From: Puniceicoccaceae bacterium
GTDB lineage: Bacteria; Verrucomicrobiota; Verrucomicrobiia; Opitutales; Oceanipulchritudinaceae
Reading direction: 5' to 3'
Assembly (NCBI GenBank): GCA_040830765.1
Contig: JBFOMH010000004.1
Coordinates: 160,001 to 224,000 of the forward strand
DNA length: 64,000 bases
The notes below the pieces were generated by a model. The model ran no database searches. It was not told the origin of the DNA and saw only the letters and a list, made by a program, of their open reading frames with translations. Of this stretch, positions 56,200 through 64,000 are shown piece by piece. The translations under genes were made by a program, and so were the position numbers. The stretch's first letter is position 1, and each line of letters opens with the position of its first letter.

Positions 56200-57924
56200 T
56201 TAATTGCTTTTTTCGACTGGAGGGGCGGTCTCCTTTTCAGGAGGCGGGGTCACCCTGGCTTGCCACTCAATGGCAATGCCCTGTTCTCCGGCGTTTTGGG
56301 CAGATTTAATACCCCTCCGCAGAAAGGCAAGCTGGACCTTTTCCGGCATCTTCTGCTTTTCCAGTTTCTGGTAGATGCGCAGGGCAGCCCTGGCATCGCC
56401 AAGCTCCAGCAATGTATCCGCGATGTCGGCATAGAGGCCCCAGTCGCCGGACCCGGCCAGCGGTAGGTCTTCAACTAGGGCAAGGGTTTGGCGGGCGGCT
56501 TTTTCCTTCCCGGCTTTCTGGTAAAGTTCTGCCCGAAGGAGGGCCATGGCCGGCCCCGGTGTTTCCCGCATCCCTTTGTCGGCGAGATTGAGGGCCTCAA
56601 TTGTCTGGTCCTCCGCCAGCAGTTGGCGGATTTTCCGGATGACCACATACTGATCCTCAAGAATCTTCAGCGGATCGCCAATGGCTTCCATTTGTACATC
56701 CAGTCCTGTGGCAAAGGGCCTGTAGAGGGGATCGCCAATGGCCACCCCCTGCCAACTGAGACCAGGCAGGGCGAGATAGGCGGCATCCCCGAAATTCCAT
56801 CCCTGGGCAAGGGCGATGAAGAAACCGTCAAACTGGTGGGTCAGGTTAAGGTAGGGCTCTGCGACATTGCCAAATGTGGCACTGACACCTCTTTCGACCA
56901 ATGGACCGACCCAACCCTTGCTCGTCGAACGGATCGGACGGGCGGAAAAGCTGTGTAGGTGGGCAGCGACCGCTCCTTTAGGGAATTTCCATCCAGGGAG
57001 AAAAAAGGGCCCGTTCCGGTTATGGGCATACCACCCTGCATAGAGGACCGGGGCATCAAAGCGATCGGCGACCTGGAAGGTTGCCCTCCGCTTGTCATGG
57101 CTAAGGTCAAAACCCAATTGTTCGAAACGGGCCGCCGTGTTGGCCATCCATTCGTTTCCGAGAGCAAAGGCGCCTCCCCGGCCATCCTCATCGACATAGG
57201 CACGGCCCTTGAGGCCCTGCTGTTCCCCTTCAAGGGCATTGTCGATCATGCGGATGACGGCCTCCGGAGAGGGTCCGTCGAGACGGGTTACACGGAGGAT
57301 ATTTGTTGATACCCGAGAATCGAGGTTTCCATAGAGCGGATTCGGGAAAAATCCCCGGAATGGTATATCGCGGAAAAGGAGGAGGGAAAGTTCGCCGTCC
57401 ACGGACGCATCGGTCCGGGACATGTTTCCCTCCGTGAAAGCCTTGATGAGCCCGAGGTGCTTCCCCTTGAGTTGTTTTCGAAGCAAGGCTGTATCTTCCG
57501 TCTCCGCGGGTGGCGGGCCGGTGACATGGGCCGGTATGCCGTAGCAAAGCACGAGGTAGCGCACCTTGTTGGAGAAGACGGTAACTGTATCGCGACCAAA
57601 GGTATCCGTGGAACCCTTGAAGGCGTCGATCAGCTCCTTTTCCAGCAGGCTGGCCAGAAGGGGATTATAGAGCGTCTCAATGAACGCCTGGCGCCCGATT
57701 TTTTCCTCAGTGATGGTTTCGAGAAGGACCAGGTTGGCTTCCGGAATAGCCCGCTGCTTCATGTAGTGCTGGGCAACCTTCAGCGAACCCTTCATGGCCG
57801 GATTGGCGACAACAACAACGGAATCCGGACCCGGTCTTGGCTGCCCGCTCGCCAGCGGGGCAATGGCAGCCAGAATGAGGACCAGCACCAGAGAGAGGGC
57901 CGTGCGCTTCAATTCGGAGGGCAT
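56200..57924 (-). CDS. TIGR03790-family protein with TPR-like C-terminus
   Basis: 'VVVVAN', 'ASVDGEL', 'VTRLDGP', 'GAVAAHLHSFSA', 'GNVAEPYL', 'GDPLYRPF'. Confidence 0.8.
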   Translation of the reverse strand: MPSELKRTALSLVLVLILAAIAPLASGQPRPGPDSVVVVANPAMKGSLKVAQHYMKQRAIPEANLVLLETITEEKIGRQAFIETLYNPLLASLLEKELIDAFKGSTDTFGRDTVTVFSNKVRYLVLCYGIPAHVTGPPPAETEDTALLRKQLKGKHLGLIKAFTEGNMSRTDASVDGELSLLLFRDIPFRGFFPNPLYGNLDSRVSTNILRVTRLDGPSPEAVIRMIDNALEGEQQGLKGRAYVDEDGRGGAFALGNEWMANTAARFEQLGFDLSHDKRRATFQVADRFDAPVLYAGWYAHNRNGPFFLPGWKFPKGAVAAHLHSFSARPIRSTSKGWVGPLVERGVSATFGNVAEPYLNLTHQFDGFFIALAQGWNFGDAAYLALPGLSWQGVAIGDPLYRPFATGLDVQMEAIGDPLKILEDQYVVIRKIRQLLAEDQTIEALNLADKGMRETPGPAMALLRAELYQKAGKEKAARQTLALVEDLPLAGSGDWGLYADIADTLLELGDARAALRIYQKLEKQKMPEKVQLAFLRRGIKSAQNAGEQGIAIEWQARVTPPPEKETAPPVEKSN

Positions 57925-57925
57925 G

Positions 57926-58279
57926 TCAGGTCATCAAATAGAAGCCACCCCAGGAAGCAAGGCTGCAGAGGGACAGGGTCAAGGCCAGGTAGAGGGCGGC
58001 TTTGCCCAAATGACCGGCCCGGGCGAGGAGAACCGATTCCAGGATGAAGGTCGAAAAGGTTGTCAGGGCACCACAGAATCCAGCGCCCAGAAAGACGCGG
58101 ATGAGCTCCGCCTCTGCAGGTAGTCCATACCAGATGGCAGGCAGGAAAAAGCTGCCACTGACATTAACCACCAGGGTGGCAACGGGAAAATCATATTTTA
58201 AAAGACGTCCGGCAAGGGCACGCAGGAGGGCGCCAGCCGCTCCCCCTAGCCCAACTGCAAGGACCACAAGGACACTCAC
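57926..58279 (-). CDS. crcB: fluoride channel Fluc/CrcB, copy 2
   Basis: 'GGAAGALLR', 'TLVVNVSGSF', 'GFCGALTTFSTF'. Confidence 0.9.
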   Translation of the reverse strand: MSVLVVLAVGLGGAAGALLRALAGRLLKYDFPVATLVVNVSGSFFLPAIWYGLPAEAELIRVFLGAGFCGALTTFSTFILESVLLARAGHLGKAALYLALTLSLCSLASWGGFYLMT

Positions 58280-58665
58280 TGCCGACTCCCTTCAATGGAG
58301 CGCTCCACAATGTGGATCACCAGCACAACGACCCCAATGGCGGTAACGGTTGGGAGGAACAGGTTGGCCAGGGCCGCTGCCCAGCGGCCGGACTCAAACA
58401 GCTGCAGGGTTTCCAGGGAAAAGAGGGAAACGGTGGTGAAGCTGCCACAGAATCCCACCATGTAGAGGTAGCGCCCCTGCGGGTGGAGCTGGTGCTGCGA
58501 CGCATGGAGGAATCCGAGGGCCGCCGCTCCAAGAATATTAATGAGAATTGTCGGGACAGGAAAGTTTCCCAGAAATCCCAGGCCGATCCACCAGCGCAAC
58601 AGGGAGCCCATGGTCCCGCCGAGGCTGATGTAGAGGATGTCGGCTGTGGTGAACCGTTGCGGCAT
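58276..58665 (-). CDS. crcB: fluoride channel Fluc/CrcB, copy 1
   Basis: 'GGTMGSLLR', 'TILINILG', 'GFCGSFTTVSLF'. Confidence 0.88.
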   Translation of the reverse strand: MPQRFTTADILYISLGGTMGSLLRWWIGLGFLGNFPVPTILINILGAAALGFLHASQHQLHPQGRYLYMVGFCGSFTTVSLFSLETLQLFESGRWAAALANLFLPTVTAIGVVVLVIHIVERSIEGSRQ

Positions 58666-59639
58666 TACGAAGCCTCCCTGGCTAGTCGCTGCAGGGTTCT
58701 CTGGTAGACCTGGACCGCCTCAACGAGGGCTGCGGCAATGCGATCCCGGTATCCCCTTGAGCCAATGTTGCGGCCTTCCGCGGGATGGGTCACGAAACCA
58801 CCCTCAACGAGAATTCCCGGCATCGACAACTCTTCCAGGACGGTGAAGCGGGCCCGCTTCAACCCCCTGTCCGCAGCGCCGAGTTCTTCCTCGAGGCTGC
58901 GCTGGACATAGTAAGCGAGTAAGGTGCTCCAGGCGCCGTCCCTGTTGCCCGGATAGGATTTCCGGTCGCTGGCGTGCAGGTCGGCCCGGGAAGTTGAGGG
59001 CTGCATCACGGGAGTATAGACAAAGGTTTCTACGCCCTCGACCCCGCTTTTCCCGGAAGCGTTGAAGTGCAGGGAAATAAACAAGTCCCCCTCAAGGCGA
59101 TTGGCCAACAGCGCCCTCTCCCGGAGGGGAATGAAGCGATCCTCTGTCCGGGTCAGGGTGACCCGGAAACCCTCTGCTTGCAGGCGCTTTTGCAACCGCA
59201 TGGCGAGATCCAGGGCAAGGGCCTTTTCCCTGAGCCCGACGGGCAGATTTTCCGCCCCGGGATCTTTTCCCCCGTGGCCCGGATCCAGGATGATGTGCCG
59301 CAATTTTGGTGGAGGCCCGTTCAACTGGGGCGTCAGGATAGGCCGTATCTGGTGGGTCAGGTCCGATTCACTGAGGTACAGGCGACCTTTGGATTCAACA
59401 ACGGGATAACCCAGGTGGACCCGAAGGCCGTTGAGGAGCATTTCGCGCTTGTGGACCTCGAAGTCCATGCGGGTCCAGCTTGAATCCAGGCGCAGGCGCT
59501 CACCTTTTTCCAGCCAGCTGGAGCGCATGCCCAGCTTCCCTGCCACATCCGTCAGGCGTACGTAGGAAGTGCCGTTAACTTCAAGTGCATGCCCGGCTAA
59601 TGGAACAAGGAGACACAGGATGCACTGGAATAGCCTCAC
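58665..59639 (-). CDS. N-acetylmuramoyl-L-alanine amidase (Amidase_3)
   Basis: 'ILDPGHGGKDPGA', 'EKALAL', 'FISLHFNA', 'LVEGGFV'. Confidence 0.92.
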   Translation of the reverse strand: MRLFQCILCLLVPLAGHALEVNGTSYVRLTDVAGKLGMRSSWLEKGERLRLDSSWTRMDFEVHKREMLLNGLRVHLGYPVVESKGRLYLSESDLTHQIRPILTPQLNGPPPKLRHIILDPGHGGKDPGAENLPVGLREKALALDLAMRLQKRLQAEGFRVTLTRTEDRFIPLRERALLANRLEGDLFISLHFNASGKSGVEGVETFVYTPVMQPSTSRADLHASDRKSYPGNRDGAWSTLLAYYVQRSLEEELGAADRGLKRARFTVLEELSMPGILVEGGFVTHPAEGRNIGSRGYRDRIAAALVEAVQVYQRTLQRLAREAS

Positions 59640-60238
59640 TCCTCAGGCTTGGCGAATGGTTCGTTGTACTTCAATTGGCGCTTGGCCAACGGTAATGGGG
59701 ACATGATCATATTGACATGTCGTCCACTCAACTTCGGGGTCCCGTCGGCCTGGCCGACATGTTTCAAGTCCTCTGCCGCCTTGGCGACTACCTCGAGGCC
59801 GAGATTCTTGTGTTCGTTTTCACGACCCCGGAACATGAGGCTCAGCTTTAACTTGTTTCCCTTGTAGAGAAACTCCTCCCCGTGCCGGAGCTTGGTCATA
59901 TAGTCATGCTCCTCAGTCCGAACGCGGAACTTCACTTCCTTGATCTTGGAAGAGGAGGAGGCCTTGGCCTTGTTCTCCTTCTTCTTCTTGGACTCCTCGT
60001 ACATGTACTTGCCAAAGTCGAGGATGCGGCAAATAGGCGGGTTCGTGTTGCCGGAGATCTCAACCAGGTCGAGGCCGGCCTTCTTGGCCGCCTGCAGGGC
60101 TTCGTCGCGTGAGACGATGCCTATCTGCTTGCCATCCGACCCGATGAGTCTGATTTCCCGGGCGCGGATGCGCTCATTTTTTCTAACATAGTTACCACGG
60201 TCGCGCCGATGGCGACCGCCATGATATGGTCTGGGCAT
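59636..60238 (-). CDS. infC: translation initiation factor IF-3
   Basis: 'NERIRAREIRLI', 'LDLVEI..PPICRILDFGKYMYE', 'KEVKFR', 'FRGRE'. Confidence 0.96.
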   Translation of the reverse strand: MPRPYHGGRHRRDRGNYVRKNERIRAREIRLIGSDGKQIGIVSRDEALQAAKKAGLDLVEISGNTNPPICRILDFGKYMYEESKKKKENKAKASSSSKIKEVKFRVRTEEHDYMTKLRHGEEFLYKGNKLKLSLMFRGRENEHKNLGLEVVAKAAEDLKHVGQADGTPKLSGRHVNMIMSPLPLAKRQLKYNEPFAKPEE

Positions 60239-60337
60239 TTATTCCTTTTTTGCGTTCAGTCCGTGGACCTTCATTGAATTAAAGGTCTCTTATATGAAAG
60301 CTGGCCTTTGTTTGACAAGAAGGAATAGCGGCCCTGA

Positions 60338-60967
60338 TCAGGCATTGACGGAATCGACAACAGCGTCGGCTAGGCCGTATTCGATGGCTTCCTCGGCGTT
60401 GAGATAGAAGTCGCGGTCGGTATCCTTCTGAATCTTCTCAATCGGCTGTCCGCTGGAATCAGCAAGGATACGGTTCATCTCCTCGCGGAGCTTTTCCATT
60501 TCCTGTGCCTGGATATGGATGTCCACCGCGGCCCCGCGCATCGTCCCCATAATCAGGGGTTGGTGGATCAGGACCCGCGAATGCGGGTAGAGAAAGCGTT
60601 TTCCCTTGGTTCCGCCACAGAGGAAAATGGAGCCCATGCTGGCTGCCAGCCCGACCACGATCACCTTGATCGGGCTGCTGATCAGCTTCATTGTGTCATA
60701 GACGGCCATTCCAGCGGTAATGGAACCGCCGGGGCTGTTCAGGTAAATGGTGATTTCCTTGCCTGGCTCGATCGCTTCAAGATAGAGCAGCTGCTCGGTG
60801 GCCAGACGGGCGGAATCATCGTTGACCTCTCCCCAGAAGAAAATTTTGCGCTCTTCGAGGAACTTGCGCCGCATCATCTCCGAAAGCGGAAGCTTTTGCG
60901 GCTTATCGGATTCGTGGTCTTCGTCGTTAGCGTTGGGACGGGATTGCATAAGGTGAAACGTGGCCAT
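60338..60967 (-). CDS. clpP: ATP-dependent Clp protease proteolytic subunit
   Basis: 'YLNSPGGS', 'AASMG', 'IHQP', 'DTDRDFYL'. Confidence 0.95.
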   Translation of the reverse strand: MATFHLMQSRPNANDEDHESDKPQKLPLSEMMRRKFLEERKIFFWGEVNDDSARLATEQLLYLEAIEPGKEITIYLNSPGGSITAGMAVYDTMKLISSPIKVIVVGLAASMGSIFLCGGTKGKRFLYPHSRVLIHQPLIMGTMRGAAVDIHIQAQEMEKLREEMNRILADSSGQPIEKIQKDTDRDFYLNAEEAIEYGLADAVVDSVNA

Positions 60968-61004
60968 TCGGGCGGTTTGGGCAAGGCTGTGGATGGATTT
61001 TTTT

Positions 61005-61889
61005 CTAGTTGATACGAAATTCCAGTTTCTTGATGAGAGCCATCAGGAAAGCTGTTTTTGCTCCCTCAAGACGGCTACAGGCGGCGAGCGCCTCATCCGT
61101 GGCCTGTTGTGCCGCCTGCCGGCTGGCCTCAAGCCCATGCAGGGAGACATAAGTATTCTTGGCCTGTTTTTCGTCGTTGCCGACGGTCTTCCCAAGCACC
61201 TCCGGGGTCGAGGTGGCATCAAGGATGTCATCGACAATCTGAAACGCGAGGCCGAGGGACTGGCCAATCTTGCGAAGACAGTCGGAAGCATCCAGGGGAT
61301 ACTCGGTCAGCTCAAGGCCCATCAAGAGAGCGGCTGTAATGAGGTCGGCGGTCTTGTGGTGATGGATGTAATCCAGCGTCTCTTCCGTTATGGCCTGGTT
61401 CTCGGAGAGCGTGTCCACCACCTGGCCACCGATAAGGTGGCGACTGTCGGCCGCTTCCGTCAGAATCCGTAACAGGTTGAGCGCCCGTTGCGGATCACTG
61501 GCGTAATGAAAGGCCAGCAGCCGAAAGGCTTCGGTGAGGAGGGCGTCACCGGCGAGGAGCGCGGTCGCCTCATCGAAGCGGACATGGGCGGAGGGCTGCC
61601 CCCGACGCAAGGGACTGTCATCCATGCAGGGCAGGTCGTCATGGACCAGCGAATAGGTGTGGAGGCACTCGATGGCCACCGCGGCCGGCAAGGGGTCCTG
61701 CTTTTGTGGGTAGAGATCGGCCGCGGCCATCAGGAGAACCGGACGCAGGCGCTTACCCCCGGCGGAGAGGCAATAGTTCATGGCCTCGTGGATCTTTTCC
61801 GGAGTGGTGCCGGAGGCAGGGACGAGTTGTGTCAGTCCTGCCTCGACGGTTTGCCGGTAGGCCTCATAGGTTTGATCGAAAGACTCCAT
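61005..61889 (-). CDS. ispA: polyprenyl (farnesyl/geranylgeranyl) diphosphate synthase
   Basis: 'GGKRLRP', 'HDDLPCMD..RRG', 'FQIVDDILD'. Confidence 0.88.
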   Translation of the reverse strand: MESFDQTYEAYRQTVEAGLTQLVPASGTTPEKIHEAMNYCLSAGGKRLRPVLLMAAADLYPQKQDPLPAAVAIECLHTYSLVHDDLPCMDDSPLRRGQPSAHVRFDEATALLAGDALLTEAFRLLAFHYASDPQRALNLLRILTEAADSRHLIGGQVVDTLSENQAITEETLDYIHHHKTADLITAALLMGLELTEYPLDASDCLRKIGQSLGLAFQIVDDILDATSTPEVLGKTVGNDEKQAKNTYVSLHGLEASRQAAQQATDEALAACSRLEGAKTAFLMALIKKLEFRIN

Positions 61890-61966
61890 TGGGGGAGGGA
61901 ATATTGAATTGCGGTTGGCGGCAAAGGAAGATTGATTAAGCGAACTCAAAAGAAGGAATCAGGCAA

Positions 61967-62593
61967 ATGGAGAATATGGAAAAAATCAGCTGGCGCATCT
62001 GGGAAAGCCAGGGGCTGGGCCGGGCGCTTCTCATCGGGGGCTTACTGTTTTACGTGCCCATCATCAACTTCCTCCTGTTGGGATATTTCGGGTGCTGGGC
62101 CCGGAAATTGATCATGCAGGAAGGTATGGATTTGCCGGAATGGCGTGACGGGCGCTCGATCGTCTCCGAGTTGGGCCGGGTCATTGTTCCATTCGCGGTG
62201 TGGGTGCTGCTGCCAGTCATTCTTGCCTCAACATTGGTATGGGCCTTGGCCGGATTGCTCAACTTCATGCACCTGGGATTTTTCGCCGGCACCCTGGCAT
62301 GGTTGCCGATGGTCCTCGTGGCAGTTCTCTCGCCACCCGCGATCGTTGTTTCCCTGATCCGGCTCTACACAGGCCATACGCTGAAAGAAACCCTCGATAT
62401 CCCAGAAGTCATCCGGGAAGTTGTGCGGCACCTGCGTGAGTGCATTTTTCCCCTCCTGCAGTATTATGGCCTGCTTGTTCTCGGGTGGCCCCTGCTCGGA
62501 TTTGCCGTCTTCCTGGCCACGCTCCCGTTGCTGGCGCAGCTGATACTTGTCTTCAGGAAGATGCATGAGGACTTGAAAAGCGGCGCGATTTAG
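61967..62593 (+). CDS. DUF4013-like membrane protein
   Basis: 'LIGGLL..VPIINF...GY', 'LPEW', four or more TMs. Confidence 0.7.
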   Translation: MENMEKISWRIWESQGLGRALLIGGLLFYVPIINFLLLGYFGCWARKLIMQEGMDLPEWRDGRSIVSELGRVIVPFAVWVLLPVILASTLVWALAGLLNFMHLGFFAGTLAWLPMVLVAVLSPPAIVVSLIRLYTGHTLKETLDIPEVIREVVRHLRECIFPLLQYYGLLVLGWPLLGFAVFLATLPLLAQLILVFRKMHEDLKSGAI

Positions 62594-62626
62594 GTATCTG
62601 CATTGGTCTTTTCATAAAATCGCACC

Positions 62627-62908
62627 ATGCCCACCTACGAATACGCCTGCCAAAACTGTGGTCACGATCTGGAGGTCTTCCAGCGCATGTCGGATGATCC
62701 GCTGGAGGTGTGCCCCTCCTGCAACGAACCATCCCTGAAGCGCAAAATTGGGCTGGGGGCCGGCATCATTTTCAAGGGTGGTGGCTTTTACGAGACGGAC
62801 TTCAAGGACCGCAAGGGAAGCGCCTCAGGCGAGACCGGGAAGGCTGCCGAGAAGAAGCCGGAGAAGAAGGAAACCCCAGCCAAGACCGCTGAGAAGGCAG
62901 CTGACTGA
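62627..62908 (+). CDS. FmdB-family zinc-ribbon protein
   Basis: 'MPTYEYACQNCG', 'CPSC', 'FKGGGFYETD'. Confidence 0.9.
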   Translation: MPTYEYACQNCGHDLEVFQRMSDDPLEVCPSCNEPSLKRKIGLGAGIIFKGGGFYETDFKDRKGSASGETGKAAEKKPEKKETPAKTAEKAAD

Positions 62909-63039
62909 GCCGATCCGGGCCTATCCCGGTAAAATCCGCGTCAAAGTTGCGGGCCCCCTCCACATCCGACCTTGCCTCGGAGGTCGGGTTCGCCTATTCC
63001 ATTGTCCTAAAGCTGAATCTATATCAAGAAGCAGGAATC

Positions 63040-63732
63040 ATGAGCCCACAAAAGGAACCTACCGGACCGCGGATGTCATCCGTTATCATTATTGGCGTCT
63101 TGACCTTTATCCTTGGGAAAATGCTGGGTCTGGCCAGCCTGGTCACCCAACCGGTCATCGTCGTGAACAAGGAACCGAACCCGGAAAACGTGGTTCCCGG
63201 CACGGTCTATTACCAGAAGGGCACCAGCTCCGGCCGCACCGTCTGGCGGGCCAAGGAGGAAGCCTGGAGAGAGGGAACAGTAAGCGTCCTTTCGCTCAGT
63301 GAAACCGAACTCAACCAGTGGGGCCGGGATCGCTTCAAGAAGACGTCTTCCGCTCCTTCCGAGGAGGAGGGCTTCATGGACCGTGTGCAGCTCCACGTCT
63401 CGGCGGTCAATTTTCGTATTCTGGAGGATGAGGTACAAATGGCCTCCGAGGTTCGGATTGGAGACCTTTTTGGCGAGCGCACCTTTATCTATCAGGTCCG
63501 GGGCCACTTTGAATCAACTTCGGACGGGGTTAAGTTCGTCCATGAGAAAGGCACATTGGGCAGTGCTCCCCTGGGGCACTTCCCGGTATATGGGGACGTG
63601 CTCTTCTCCCTGGTCTCTGGAAGTCTTGAAGAAACCCCGGAAATGGAATGGCTCCCGGAAAGCCTGGCCAGTCTGGAATCGATTGAAATCGAAGGCGGAC
63701 AATTAATCCTGCGCCGGCGGGCCCAAGGCTAG
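63040..63732 (+). CDS. hypothetical membrane-anchored protein
   Basis: N-terminal TM helix then soluble domain; ATG at 63040 preceded by AGGA. Confidence 0.7.
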   Translation: MSPQKEPTGPRMSSVIIIGVLTFILGKMLGLASLVTQPVIVVNKEPNPENVVPGTVYYQKGTSSGRTVWRAKEEAWREGTVSVLSLSETELNQWGRDRFKKTSSAPSEEEGFMDRVQLHVSAVNFRILEDEVQMASEVRIGDLFGERTFIYQVRGHFESTSDGVKFVHEKGTLGSAPLGHFPVYGDVLFSLVSGSLEETPEMEWLPESLASLESIEIEGGQLILRRRAQG

Positions 63733-63735
63733 CCG

Positions 63736-64000
63736 ATGGACGGGGCGGACGGACAGGCCGCCAAACGGGTGGCCCTGCTTTTCACCCAATTTCCGGTGGC
63801 AACCGAGACTTTTCTGCAACGGGAAGTCATCGCCTTGCAGCGCTGTCAACGCGACTGGCCCGTGTTCGCCCTCTGGCCGACCTCCGAGGGTGGGGTCGAG
63901 AGCATGACGGCGACCCACACCTTTCACCGTTGGCACCTCCTGAGCCTTTTCTGGTGGATCCCCTATTGGACGATAAGGAATCCAAAGGGCATGCGCAGCC
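63736..64000 (+). CDS. GT4 (WcaL-like) glycosyltransferase, N-terminal fragment
   Basis: Translates to MDGADGQAAKRVALLFTQFPVATETFLQREV...; 'FP..TETF..RE' motif; runs off the window. Confidence 0.75.
   Translation, partial: MDGADGQAAKRVALLFTQFPVATETFLQREVIALQRCQRDWPVFALWPTSEGGVESMTATHTFHRWHLLSLFWWIPYWTIRNPKGMRS

Noticed and set aside
57926..58665. Duplicated crcB as a novelty; fluoride riboswitch
   Set aside because: Paired Fluc genes forming heterodimers are well known, and there is no intergenic space for a riboswitch.

Overview
A 64-kb, GC-rich, gene-dense chromosomal window. Its gene content and style (TIGR03790-type protein, short ATP synthase delta, secreted proteins with a C-terminal '...F-x-R-L-x-V' tail) suggest a Verrucomicrobiota/Opitutae-like bacterium; this is inference only. 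The order is: mnmG 3' end, phoBR with Pho boxes, trmB, a probable oriC (AT-rich tract, DnaA boxes, IHF-like site), and atpBEFHAGDC. Then come lpxA-pdxA-iscA and a surface-glycan region (Wzt with a C-terminal domain, a coiled-coil sulfotransferase, two paralogous GT4-GT2 fusions, two GtrB/DPM-like GT2s, two GT-C-like membrane proteins). Next are an SSS symporter, a hybrid kinase with a sigma-region-2-like N-terminus, a tandem-SIS MurQ/GKRP-like protein, a phosphorylase / SplB-like radical SAM / SDR-histone-tail operon, and grpE-dnaJ-purN-prmA. tRNA-Gly is followed by an integrase-less one-gene islet flanked by a duplicated tRNA 3' end and a covarying hairpin. The remainder holds an AAA-wHTH ATPase, a PfkB kinase, a six-CxxCH secreted cytochrome, a probable 6S RNA, a single-chain E1alpha-E1beta-lipoyl-E2 2-oxoacid dehydrogenase, infC-amidase-fluC-fluC-TIGR03790, clpP and ispA. 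No CRISPR array, rRNA, transposase or integrase was seen. All calls come from reading motifs by eye; no database searches were run.
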